This document shows positions 1 to 20,329 of a DNA stretch of 64,000 nt, piece after piece; the first letter of the stretch is position 1; every line of letters starts with the position of its first letter. Location: the NCBI RefSeq assembly GCF_009914755.1, contig NC_060934.1, one strand, 5' to 3'. The notes under the pieces were generated by a model that was not told the DNA's origin, ran no database searches, and was given only the letters and a program-made list of their open reading frames with translations. This stretch comes from the human T2T-CHM13v2.0 reference genome, Homo sapiens. The translations under genes and the position numbers were made by a program.

Positions 1-850
1 CAGCTCGCGCCCCCGCCACCGCCCTCGGGGGCCGACCTCCTTCCCTCCTTCCCTCCCTCCCTCCCTCCCTCCGGGGGCGCGGGACCCCTCGCCCCAGTGC
101 CAGCACGGGCAGGCGGCCGTCTGCCCCCACCAGCCCTGGCCCAGGCGCCCCCCAGCCCCCTTCACCCCGCCCGCCCAGCACCGTGCAGGGCTGCGTCGCC
201 CCTCCTCGGGGACGCCCCTTCCACGCCTCCAGAAGTCTCCACGGAGCCCCCCTTCCCGTTTCTTTGTCACTTTTAATCCCATTCCTCGAACTGGAGGGTT
301 TTGGGTGCAGGCGCTCCCGGGGAAAGCAGTTTGTGCTCAGTGCGGTGAGTCCCCTCCTCACCGCCCCGGAGGCTCCAGCCCGAGCCTCTCCGCCCGCGGG
401 GACTCGAGCCTGCAGCTTGCTCGGCTGGGTTTCTGCCCTGCCCGCTCCCTAGCTCTGCTGCAGGGCCGGCAGCGGCAGTTCTGCCTGAAACGCAAGAATT
501 AATAGTCTGCTCTGGGGAGACAGTGGGGAAGCCGTGAGCGACCGGGCCTTTTCCAGAGGCCACTATTTACCTTGAAGTTTCCTGTTGACCCTCTGCTGAC
601 CCACCCGCTTAAATAGATTAGAACTTAAACATCGCAATTCTGATACATTTATTTCTTTGAAGTTCTGCAGCATAAGCAATCCTAACGCGAATCCGTGAAC
701 AGTCTATTCCGACGGCGCAGAGAAATCTCACGCGGGGATCCCCACGATGTGCCGGCGCTTAACGCAGACGCCCGAACCCAGGGGAAGGCTGCGACTCCGC
801 GATGAGTGACATGCGGGCTTGAGACGTTCTAAAGGAACGTGGACCGAGTT
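1..850. promoter_or_regulatory. CpG island / probable promoter (truncated at window start)
   Basis: Very GC-rich with dense CpGs (cgcgcccccgccaccgcc, GC-box-like ccccgcccgccc), in contrast to the CpG-depleted remainder of the window. Confidence 0.85.
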
Positions 851-1624
851 AGGGAACGTAACTGAAGCTCATTTTGTCTTAGTTATGGACTATGAGTCCT
901 TAATAAATGTATGTCATTATGTTTAAAGAATGACAAATGTCTGCAAAGAGTGGTCCCTGTCCCAAGCCCTTTCCAGACTATGTGAAATTCTTTTTTGCCA
1001 GTTGTTTCCAAGAGACGTGAAAGCAATCAAGCTCCCCTGGGTTGGCGCAGAACTTGAGCACTTAAGAGCTGGAAGAGCTGGCGATCGACCATCCATCCCA
1101 CTCCACCTCCAATCTTAAAACAAGGAAACAAGACACGAGGTTCGTCCGCTTGCCACACTCCCTGCGCTTTGCAGCACCGCAGCTGCCCCAGCATAGTGCA
1201 GTTTCTCCTAGGAAACATTGCCCTTCCTCTCCTCTCCCAGCCCTGGACCACCACTTTCCACCACCTGTCCCAGCAAATCAGTGCAGTGGTGTTAGCCCCA
1301 TCTTACTCCAGGACATTGACCCAGGGCCAAAGTCACTTGCCCAAGGCGGCAGAGAAAGCTCAAGGCAGACCCAGAAATAGTCTAGGTTTCCCTCCTTCCA
1401 CTCAGCCATGGGAAAGGCTCCTCCTACTGCTGTTTGGCTGCAGCACTAGACATTTCTAGCCAGTAATTAAGTTTGTGACAACGATGACAACAACTGTTGA
1501 TATGGGTTTTTTGCTTCTTACATAGATACTTGGATCCACAACAACAATTACTGATAATTATAGGTGTTGTTTCTGTTTTCATGCATTGGGAGAGTATACT
1601 ACTAGTTTAGAATGTATACTACTT

Positions 1625-1952
1625 TATTTTATTTTGTGTTTTTTAAATTTATTTATGTATTTATTTTTATTTATTTATTTATTTATTTATTTTGAGACCA
1701 AGTCTCGCTCTGTTGCGCAGGCTGGAGCGCAGTGGCGTGATTTCGGCTCAGTGCCACCTCCGCCTTCTGGATTCAAATGATTCTCCTGCCTCCGCCTCCC
1801 GAGTAGCTGGGATTATAGGTGCCCGCCACCACGCCCAGCTAATTATTGTATTTTCAGTTAGAGACAGGGTCTCACCATGCTGGCCAGGCTGGTCAATCCG
1901 CCCGCCTCAGCCTCCCAAAGTGCTGGGATTGCAGCGTGAGCCACCGCGCGGC
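1625..1952 (-). mobile_element. AluS with (TTTA)n tail and small internal deletion
   Basis: Alu consensus match; TSD agaatgtatacta on both sides. Confidence 0.9.
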
Positions 1953-2247
1953 AGAGAATGTATACTAGTTTTGATGCTACACTAGTTCAGAGGGGTATAC
2001 TAGCTTGAGTATAATAAATTAGAGTGGGGCTTTCTCAAAATAATTCTAATCGAAAGTCATTTTTCAGTAATAACCAGAGTACATAGGACATCACACTGAT
2101 CTAGGTTCAGATCCATATTTGGCCACTTACTAGTGCCTTAGACACAACAGTCACTCTTTCTCCAGCCCGTTTTATCAGCTGAAAAGTAGAGAAGTAGAGC
2201 TTATCATATCCATATCCATCTCATAGATCTCATAGGTTATGAGTCAG

Positions 2248-2540
2248 TCTTTCTTTTTTTTTGAGATAGAGTCTTGCTCTGTTGTTCAGGCTAAAGGGCA
2301 ATGGCACAATCTTAGCTCACTGCTGCCTCAGACTCCCAGGCTCAAGCAATCCTTCCTCAGCCTCTAGAGCAGCTAAGACTACAGACAAATACCACTATGC
2401 CCAGCTAATTTTTAAATTGTTTGTAGAGATAAGGTCTCACTATGTGGCCCAGGCTGGTCTTGAACTCCTGTCCTCAAGCGATTCTCCCGCTTCAGCCTCC
2501 CATAGTGCTGGGATTACAGGTGTGAGCCACGGCACCTGGT
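2248..2540 (-). mobile_element. AluJ
   Basis: Diverged Alu consensus match, poly-T at left. Confidence 0.85.
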
Positions 2541-2586
2541 CATAAGTTATGAATGTTAAATAAAATAATGTATCAGAAAACAGTAC

Positions 2587-2860
2587 GGCTGGGTATGGTG
2601 GCTCACGCCTGTAATCCCAGCATTTTGGGAGGCCGAAGTGGGCAGATACCTGAGCTCGGGAGTTCGAGACCAGCCTGACCAACATGGAGAAACCCCGTCT
2701 CTACTAAAAATACAAAATTAGCCGGGCATGGTGGCACATGCCTGTAATCCCAGCTACTCGGGAGGCTGAAGCAGGAGAATCGCTTGAACCCAGGAGGCCG
2801 AGGTTGCGGTGAGCCGAGGGCAACAAGAATGAAACTCTGTCTCAAAAGAAAAAAAAAAAA
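2587..2860 (+). mobile_element. AluSp/Sq-like
   Basis: Alu match; TSD aaaacagtac; right-arm deletion. Confidence 0.9.
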
Positions 2861-3736
2861 CAGTACATGCTGCCACGCTGCCACATGGGAATGTATAGCG
2901 TAGTACAGTCCAGTTACCGTAATGAAGGCAGAGGGTAACAAAGTCCAGCACAGGATAGCAAATGATGACAGTGGAGGAGGCAGGAGAGATGAGGAGGACA
3001 GGAGAAGACCAAGGCTCAAAGAAATGACTAGCCAGGTGATACAACTTTCCAGTGACTGGGCTAGGACTACAACCAAAAACTCCAGCTCTGACTCTCAGGC
3101 CTGCACTCAATTCACTTAAATTTGATTCCACATGCAGTTAGTAAAGACCTTCCTTGCAGGAAGCACTGGCTAAATATTACAGAATTATAAAGGTGAGTAA
3201 AAGAAGGACAATCTAGAGGTCAGAATAAGATAGCTATTCCAATAACTATAATTCAACACATTAAATATTCAGTGCCAGCAAAGTGTTTATGGCAGTACTA
3301 GAGAAGGGGGAAGCTTTCATAACAGAGATGACATCAGGATATGTGGGTACCATTTTATGTACATCAATTCCTTTAACTATTCAATACCTAATAAGGATAT
3401 GGATGTTTTTAAAAAATATGATCCAGAGGATTAATAACACTGATTCCACCAACCAGATAAAGCCTTACAGCTGTATTTAAATCTACCTAGTTTATCTAGA
3501 TGCAGTGATTCCGTTTATATTAATAATGGATGAAAAACTAGTACTGCATAATTCTAGATGCCAGAGCCTTTGGTGTCTTGAGTCAAAATTCATGAAAATT
3601 TTTTTGTAATTCATAAAATTTCATGACACATTGGGAATACATATCCAAGTCCTCACCTGCCCAAATAGAGCCCCCTTCAAAATATTCCAGGGTTGCCCTC
3701 AACCAGTCCATCAGCAACCATCACCAAAGTATCCAC

Positions 3737-4118
<382 letters not shown>

Positions 4119-4545
4119 TGAGAGAGCCCACTTTGCAAAAACTTGAGTCCAGGCTGAGATCACCACTTCTAGAAGCCCCGGTGTCACCCAGCCTCAGAAT
4201 GCCAGAAAAGGCCCATCCCTGCAGAAAGTAAGCACCCATGTTTGCCATGACCCACCACTCAGAGCCCAAGTCCCCAGTCAAATATCTCCCTCCTTCCCAG
4301 GTCCCAGAGCTGAAGAATGAGGTAGCTTGTTGGTGAAGTCCATGAAAGTTGGCAGAACAAGGTGGAGGCTGGCAGAGCAGGTGATATTAACACTCAACTC
4401 TGTTAAAGACAAATGTGCAGCAGAGTAGAATAAAGCCACCTAAGCCACTCACTTTCTGGCGGGCCACCTTGACTGGAGGCAGGATTTGGAAAGTCCAGTG
4501 ATATGAAGAGGTGCTTCGTGGTGATGCTTTATAAATGCCAGTTCT

Positions 4546-5135
<590 letters not shown>

Positions 5136-5376
5136 ATAAATGCCAGTTATTTCAGCCTAATCTTTGAGAGGGAAGTTCAGAGTCAAGTTCTTCGGTGAGG
5201 CTTAGAGTGCTGGCCTTCTAGGTTGCTGGGGGAAGCCAAAGGTGCAGGTAGTAAGATTGCTGCTATTTGGGGGAATTTCAGCATTTGAACCAGGATTCTC
5301 TGGTGGGTAAAAGTCCATCCTGCCTTCCCTCTGAGGCAGGCATGGCTTTATCAGGAACATAAGGTACTGAAAGTTA

Positions 5377-6209
<833 letters not shown>

Positions 6210-6706
6210 GAAAGAAAGGAAGAAAGAGAGAAAAGAAAGAAAGAAAGAGAGGAAAGGAGAGAGAAGGAAAGAAAGAGAAAGAAAGAAAGAAGAGAGAAAG
6301 AGGAAGGAAGGAGAGAGAGAGAAAAGGGAAGGAAGGAGAAAGAAAGAAAGAAAAAGAAAGAAAGAAAAAGAGAAAGAAAGAAGAGATAAAGAGGAAGGAA
6401 GAAGGAGAGAGAAAAGGAAGGAAGGAAAAAGAAAGGAAGGAAGGAGGGAGGGAGGGAGGGGAGGGAGGAGAAGAAAGGAAAGGAAAAGCAAAGGAAAGAA
6501 GGGGAGGAAAATAAAGAGAAAGAAAAATAAGGAAAGAAAAGGGGAGGGAGGAAGGGAGGGAGGGAGAGGGAGGGAGGAAGGAAGGAGGGAAAAGGAAGGA
6601 AGGAAAGAAAAAGAAGGGAGGGAGGAAGGGAGGGAGGGAGGAAAGAAAAGAAAGAAAAGAAAAAGAAGTGAGGGAGGGAGGAAGGAAGGAAGGCAGGCAG
6701 GAAGGA
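6210..6706 (+). repeat. ~500-bp polypurine (GAAA/GGAA/GGGA) low-complexity tract
   Basis: Almost entirely A/G; directly follows an Alu 3' end. Confidence 0.95.
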
Positions 6707-7179
6707 TGGCCCTATCTGGGTTTCCAGCCTCAAGCCTCTCCAGCACTGCCTCCAACCTACCTGGAGCAGGAAAGTCCTCTTCCCAATAGGTTCTCCAGAA
6801 CCAGACCTACGGGTGTCAGAGGAGGCGAGTGGCTTTGAGGCTGCTTCAGATGAGGCCCAGGGCCCCGGGCCCCTGACATTCTGTGTAATAATTCTGGTAT
6901 GCTGTACCAGTGCACATCCAGCCCCAGTAATCCCCTGTACCTGATTTTAAATGGCTGACTCATCCCTCCCCACTCTGTCAAGTTACCCTATTAAGCCGGG
7001 AGTTCAATTTCAAAAACTCTCTATGGTGCTTTGGAATTTCATTCGCTCAGTGTCGTGGCAGAGGCACCATGCTTGTTCCAGCTGGGGAGGTTTACTTGGA
7101 TGGAACACAAGGCAGTAGATCTGCAGTGGTAGATCCAGAACCCACAGAAATCTTTCGTTGTTGTTGTTGTTATTGTTGT

Positions 7180-7952
<773 letters not shown>

Positions 7953-8097
7953 TGGTCATCTATATTTTGGGATGACCTCCTGGTGACTCTAATGCACAGT
8001 GAAGTTTGAGAGCCACTACTTGTCTCAAATTTGTCTACCAATTAGAGCCAAGGTATTGTAATATATTCAATGTGAGACCCTAGAAATCAGTACATAA

Positions 8098-8395
<298 letters not shown>

Positions 8396-8737
8396 TCATA
8401 AAAAGTTCTTAATTCATGGGTTGAATAAATTATGTAATGGATGAATATATTATATAATGGTTGAATAAATTATGTTACGGATGTTTGAACTTACGGTCAT
8501 TCCTAGTGTGACGTGGGGCCTAGAATACTGGAAAATGAATTACATGGTCCCCTCTAGTTTTATGTAATTGAAATCGGGTTAAAATTAATGTCAAGAGAAC
8601 ATTTAGTGCAGAGGAAAGTATCTCAAAAGCTTTAAAGTGAACACGGAATGCAATGTGTGAGGTGGCCATGAAAGTGGAGAGTGTGGCCCTCTTTGCTTTG
8701 GACACACTAGTGTCTGCACGTGTCTGTGTATATGTGA

Positions 8738-8745
8738 GTGCACAC

Positions 8746-8780
<35 letters not shown>

Positions 8781-8785
8781 TGTGC
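8738..8785. repeat. (TG)n microsatellite within a 48-bp alternating purine-pyrimidine run
   Basis: gtgcacacg(tg)13cgcgcatgtgtgc. Confidence 0.95.
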
Positions 8786-9027
8786 CTGCCAGCACAACCT
8801 CCCTTTCCTGCTCTGGATCCTCATGAGCCCAGCAATGGTGTGGAGCTGAGAACAATAGCCTTTCTTCCCTGCATCCTAAGGCTGGCGCTGAGGGTAATTC
8901 AGGCAGGGTGTCCCACGGAGCAAGTGCAGGAAGCAGGAACGGGAGCACTGGTGACCAGGAAGCTTTGTGGAATTGGAGGATTCTTGGAAGTGAGTGGCCG
9001 GAGGAAAAGGGTGAAAAGTATATTACG

Positions 9028-9304
9028 GGGCAAGGCACGGTGGCTTATGCCTGTCATCCTAGCACCTTGGGAGGCTGAGGTGGGCAGATGACTTGAGCCC
9101 AGGAGTTTGAGACCAGCCTGGCCAACATGATGAAACTCAGTCTCTACTTAAAAAATACAAAAATTAGACAGGTGTGCTGGTGCATACCTGTAATCCAGCT
9201 ACTCGGGAGGCTGAGGCATGAGAATTACTTGAACCCTGGAGGCAGAGATTGCAGTGAGCCCCAATCTGGGCAAAAGAGTGAGACTGTCTTAAAAAAAAAA
9301 AAAA
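9028..9304 (+). mobile_element. Alu
   Basis: Alu match; TSD aaaagtatat. Confidence 0.9.
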
Positions 9305-10281
9305 AGTATATCTGGGGAACTGATAAGTGGTGGGCCTTTTGTGCACAAATTACTCTGTTTATTCAGACAGGGGTCTTTGAAGGATTTGGAGTACAAGACT
9401 GGGACTGGGAAAGTGCCTTGGAAAAGAGTCATATCAGCTAAAGTGGCACCCAATTCACCATCCTGGCAGAATGGTAACAAGCAGACATTCTGGGGTGGGG
9501 AGTGCCCTGCCCCCTGCAGCTAAAGCTGGAGATAATCAGGGCTCCCCCTGAATGGACAGCTGCTCCCCTCCCCAAGGTGCTGGGGCCTCCAGCTCCCTCT
9601 GCTGCCCTCCTTGGCATGGCCACTGCCACACTCTCCACTGCACTGCTGCAGCCTATCCCTCCTGCCCCAGGCTGGGACACCTTTCCGCTCCCCAAGCTCC
9701 AGGGTGAACACCAAGCTTGTTCACCCACCTCACTGGCCACAGCTAGAGACCAAGGCACCATGCTTCCTCCTAAGTCCCTCAGAAACTTTCCCAGGGGCCT
9801 AAAGCTGCCCAGAGTCAGAAATAAGTTGCGGTCTGTAAGCTGCGGCCCTAAGGCCACACATCCTCCCCAGTGTCCTCTCTCTGAATACCTGGGTCCTAAC
9901 CCTGGATCCTGGTGCCTCAGCCACCTTCAAGCCTGTTTTCCACTGCAGCACAACCCCTGATTTCACATGCCTCCAAGGCATCCTTGTAGATCTTCCAGTC
10001 TTCTGCAGAAAATTCATTCCTTCATTCAACTTTTACTGGGCAATTAGTATTTTGTCAAGCACTATGTTAACTAATGGTGATAAAAAGATAAGATATAGTA
10101 TCTGCCCTCAAGGATGTTCTCTTCCCACTAGGAGGGGGCTGGAGATTGATATAAATAGGCCACTGTAATACAATATGTAGTTTACTACGGGAACAAAGTC
10201 TAGAAACCTCTGTGGGGCAGGATGGAAATGGATTACAAACAGATTGAGGAGTTCCTCTAAGAAAGAATCAAAAAGACTGCA

Positions 10282-10590
10282 GGCTGGGCATGGTTGCTCA
10301 CACCTGTAATCCCAGCACTTCAGGAGGCCAAGGCAGGAGGATTGCATGAGATCAGAAGTTGGAAACCAGCCTGGGCAACATGGCAAAAACCCATCTCTAC
10401 AAAAAATACAAAAATTAACTGGGTGTGGTGGCATGTGCCTATAGTCCCAGTACTCAGGAGGCTGAGATGGGCGGGTCACTTGAGCTCAGGAGGTTGAGGC
10501 TGCAGTGATTTGAGATAGCTCCACTACACTCCAGCCTAGGTGACAGAGCAAGAACCTGTCTCAAAAAATAAATAAATAAAAATTTTAAAA
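10282..10590 (+). mobile_element. AluJ
   Basis: Alu match. Confidence 0.9.
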
Positions 10591-10946
10591 TGAAACTGCG
10601 TCAATGAGGTGGATGCGGTTAATTGGCAATGAGCGTCTCAGCGCTCTCCTAACATGTCTTCCTGTGCTGCAGAGGCTGGAAGGCTAATGCTCTGTTTCCC
10701 AGGCTCTTCTGCAGATAAGGGTCTAGATACAAACTGGACTCCACCTATTCAGGTTCAGTAGCATGAGATGTTAATGGTGGTGTGACTGGGCTGTTGTGAC
10801 TTGTCGCATTTCTGGGGTGAGTGTCCAGCTTCACAGGTGACCAGAAGCAAGGTGAGTACACCTGGAGGCAGGGCATAGTGTGCAGTAGGCAGGCTCGGGT
10901 GGGAGAAGTTCAGGTCCCCGGACTGCAGCGCCTCCTTCACCACTAC

Positions 10947-11507
<561 letters not shown>

Positions 11508-11699
11508 TAAAGATTCCACAGTTTATAGGGGAATGTGGAATATAGTTCAGAAGAACACTGTTATTGCAGACTGTAATTGTATGGCTTTATTACATCATGT
11601 GCACTAGGGAATCTTGTGCATCCATTGAGAGTGGGCTGGGAGAATATTTTCTGGCAAGTAAATATCATTGTAGAACAGCACTCTGTATTGTGAAATGGA

Positions 11700-12230
<531 letters not shown>

Positions 12231-12609
12231 ATTATGGTTCCTATTTCATTTTCAGCTTGCCCTCTTTCTAATATTTTACAAATGTCTTTGAAACATCAAG
12301 GGCAGTGATTTTTTCCACTAATATTTTAGGGGTGCATGTTTATCATTATGGTTTTTCTGATTACAAAAATAATCATGCTCTGTTAACACAATTCAGACAT
12401 AATGTAAATAGGAGAAAAAGTGAGTAACACCCATCCGCAACCACCACTCCCCCGCCCCCACAAGAGATATCTGGAGTTTGCTACATCCTGTTTCCAGACA
12501 TCTTCCTCTGTTTATGAACCTAGTCTCTCCATTAAGCCCAACAGGGAAATGTCATAGAAATTCGACTTCATTTTTGTTTCCCTCTGCCTTTTTAAAGTTT
12601 ATTCAGTGG

Positions 12610-12915
<306 letters not shown>

Positions 12916-13171
12916 TATTTAGTGGTGAACTTTTCCTCTCCTGCTAGCTGGAAACTTGGCAGTCCCCTCAATTTTCTTGCTCAGAAGACTGTCGTGCAAT
13001 CACAAAATACAGTGTCAAATCAGAAATGAAGTTTGAGATTTCATTCATCAATTCAGCTTTGATTCAAAGACGTTTCCTTTCCTGAAGGTGGTGTGGTCTG
13101 CTCTTCTTTCTCTTTTATCCTCTTTCCCTCTTGCTTATTGGCAAAGTCAAGGGGGTTGGAGAAGAGAAGGG

Positions 13172-13514
<343 letters not shown>

Positions 13515-13972
13515 TTACTTTGAAGATGCCTCCAAGGTGGACTGTGTCATTTAATATCTGATATCAGACCTTAATCGTGCAGTAGAAAGTTACATTTTAA
13601 CAGACAGTTCCATGCGTTACTATATATGTAAATATATTTTTAAATAAAATGTTATGAAGAAAGTTTTGCAATTTAATGTTTTCCACTTATATCTTGGACA
13701 TCTTTTCATGTCAGTACAAAGAGATCCACCTAATGAATGTAGAATATTATAATTACCGTGGAGAGCACAGACCCTGTAAATGTAAAGAAATTCTGTTGTG
13801 ATTTAAAACTGCTTCTGGAAGAAAATGGTTATTTAACCTAGCTTTTGGCCTTGACAGCAGCAAGGAAGATGATGGCTATAGGCCTGGGCTGGGCAGCAGT
13901 GATGGGTAGATGGTGGGTGGTGGGGCGGGAAGCTGGGGTAGTATGACAGCATTCACTGAAGGGCTGTGATTA

Positions 13973-14743
<771 letters not shown>

Positions 14744-14989
14744 CTATTATTCAGGCTCTTCCACTTTCCTTTCTTTCCCCCTCAGTGCTTGGGGTTGAGG
14801 GGAAGAGAAGATGAGTAGGAAATGTTAATAATTGCAGTTACCATTGAAGGGGGAAGGTGGGTGCTATTCAAGAGAAATACGAAGCAGCAAGAAGCCTGAA
14901 TGAGATGCAGCGAGAAAGGAAGCAAGATCAAACACTTTCTCTCTAAATCATCCCCATTCTTTCCTGTCTTTCTTCCCCTACTTCCGCTC

Positions 14990-16172
<1,183 letters not shown>

Positions 16173-16791
16173 TTTTCTTCATTTTTAATCATGGTCCTAA
16201 AAGATAACACAACGTTTGCATTTTACATTTTCTTTTCTTGATTTGTGCACACCAATAAGCGCTGCTTAGACTTTTGATCCCCAAACACCTTGGGCACAGA
16301 TGACATTCAAAGCCTAGTTCTGGGGACAAGACTTCCCCATACCTACCCTCCAGGAACTGGAGCCCAATTAGAGGTGCGCCTGAACACCACCACCAGTGCT
16401 TTGGATGGCTTTCTGTGGGCCTGCCTCTTCTGCACTGCAGACTGGTTAAAGGTAGTGGCTTCAGGTCCTCCATGCTGAGGCCACGGGATGCTGCCTTGGT
16501 ATCCTGTGCCTTCTGCTCTGAGGCCACTGCAGTGCCTGTGGCTAATGTAGAGACTGAATCAGTGTTGGGCACTGATGGGTCATGACGTTTACATTGTAAC
16601 TGTCCAGCAAACTTTCATCCATCACCTGAGATTCACAACTCCATGTTATGGTTTTGTTGATATTCCAACATGCAAGTGAATTGTCTACACATTGTGCACC
16701 ACTGGCTTTAGCAGTAATTCACTTCTGCTTTCAAATATGGGCATGTACCATCCACAGTTAACATCTGCTGGGTCAGAAGCTGTGACAAGGT

Positions 16792-17343
<552 letters not shown>

Positions 17344-17511
17344 TTAAGTGCTTCCAGGAAAAACAACCCCATGTAATCCATGCTTTAACTTTTATTTAAA
17401 TTTTTAAAGAGTGCTTTTAACCCTAAAAAATCAGCTTGTTTTGTACATAAGAACTGTTTTTTAATACTAATAAATCAAGCATTATCCATGGGGAAAAAAA
17501 GGCATAGTTCA

Positions 17512-18349
<838 letters not shown>

Positions 18350-19369
18350 TAGCATATTTTTTAAAGCTTAGCAATGGATCATTCTCCAGGTTGATGTTAA
18401 AAATGGAAGGAAGGCTTTTTCAATCAAGGGTCCAAGCCAATAAAGTTCTCATTCCCTGGAGCTCTTCATGACCTAGATAGGAGGAAACCCAGTAGCAGTC
18501 TTAGCTTTCCATAAACACTTCCCATCACCCAGGCAATAATTCCACTATTGAGCATCTTTTCTGCATATCAAGCTCTTAGAGAATTACAAAGGAAATAAAA
18601 TGTAATTTTAAAAAACCCCACACATTTCTTGTTCTCAAGCAGATTGCAATACAAACACACACAGTTATTTATGAACTCCAAATAAAGAGTCTTCAGAAAA
18701 TATAAAAACCTTAAACACAGCTTGCTAGAACTTGTCCTGAACAGATCACATCTATTCCCATGAGACTTTCTGTTTTCAGGCAATGGTTGGTACAAGAAAA
18801 TAGTGCTTGCATTAACAATGGTGACTATTTTAGTCATGGGAGAAAAAATTTAATAATTTCAAATGGGGAAAAAAATGAAGCAGCTTCTAAACAGAACAGT
18901 GTGACAGGTGACTAGTGTCTTGGCAACCATCAGATGCAACATAGCCAAGAGGTTCTCTGGTAGGAGCCCAGGGCCTGTGGGGTTGTGGGAAACAGGGTGG
19001 AGAGGCATTGGAATGGGGGCTTGCGAAACCTGAGTCTGCGCATCATTGGGCAATCGAAGCACCTTGGCACCCACCAGTCCGAATTGAGATCCTAGATCTC
19101 AACGTCCTCATTCATAAGAATCTGTAAAAATAGTAATTTCTTTTAGTCTGGGTGTTGTCTGAGTGATAAAGTAAATAAAGCAGCAGAGTACCTGACTTAT
19201 AACCATTTTTATTAAGCAGTATCTATTATTGCACCATGGTCATTGTCACTTTTTAAAATAATATTTATTCTGCATTCCAGAGTTACAGAAGAACTTTGAT
19301 TTTTTTCAAAATAAAATTGTGGCAACACTCTGTTGACAGTAACTCAAATTTTATGTTTCTTATCACTTT

Positions 19370-20325
<956 letters not shown>

Positions 20326-20329
20326 CTAT

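Noticed and set aside
183-563. Short ORFs in the CpG island
   Set aside because: GC-rich DNA is stop-poor; non-ATG starts; no recognisable protein similarity
1-850. Naming the CpG-island gene or chromosomal locus
   Set aside because: No coding exon is recognisable in the window; a BLAT search is needed
9438-9960. 152-aa Pro-rich ORF and overlapping antisense ORFs
   Set aside because: GTG start, compositional bias, no recognisable domain or exon structure
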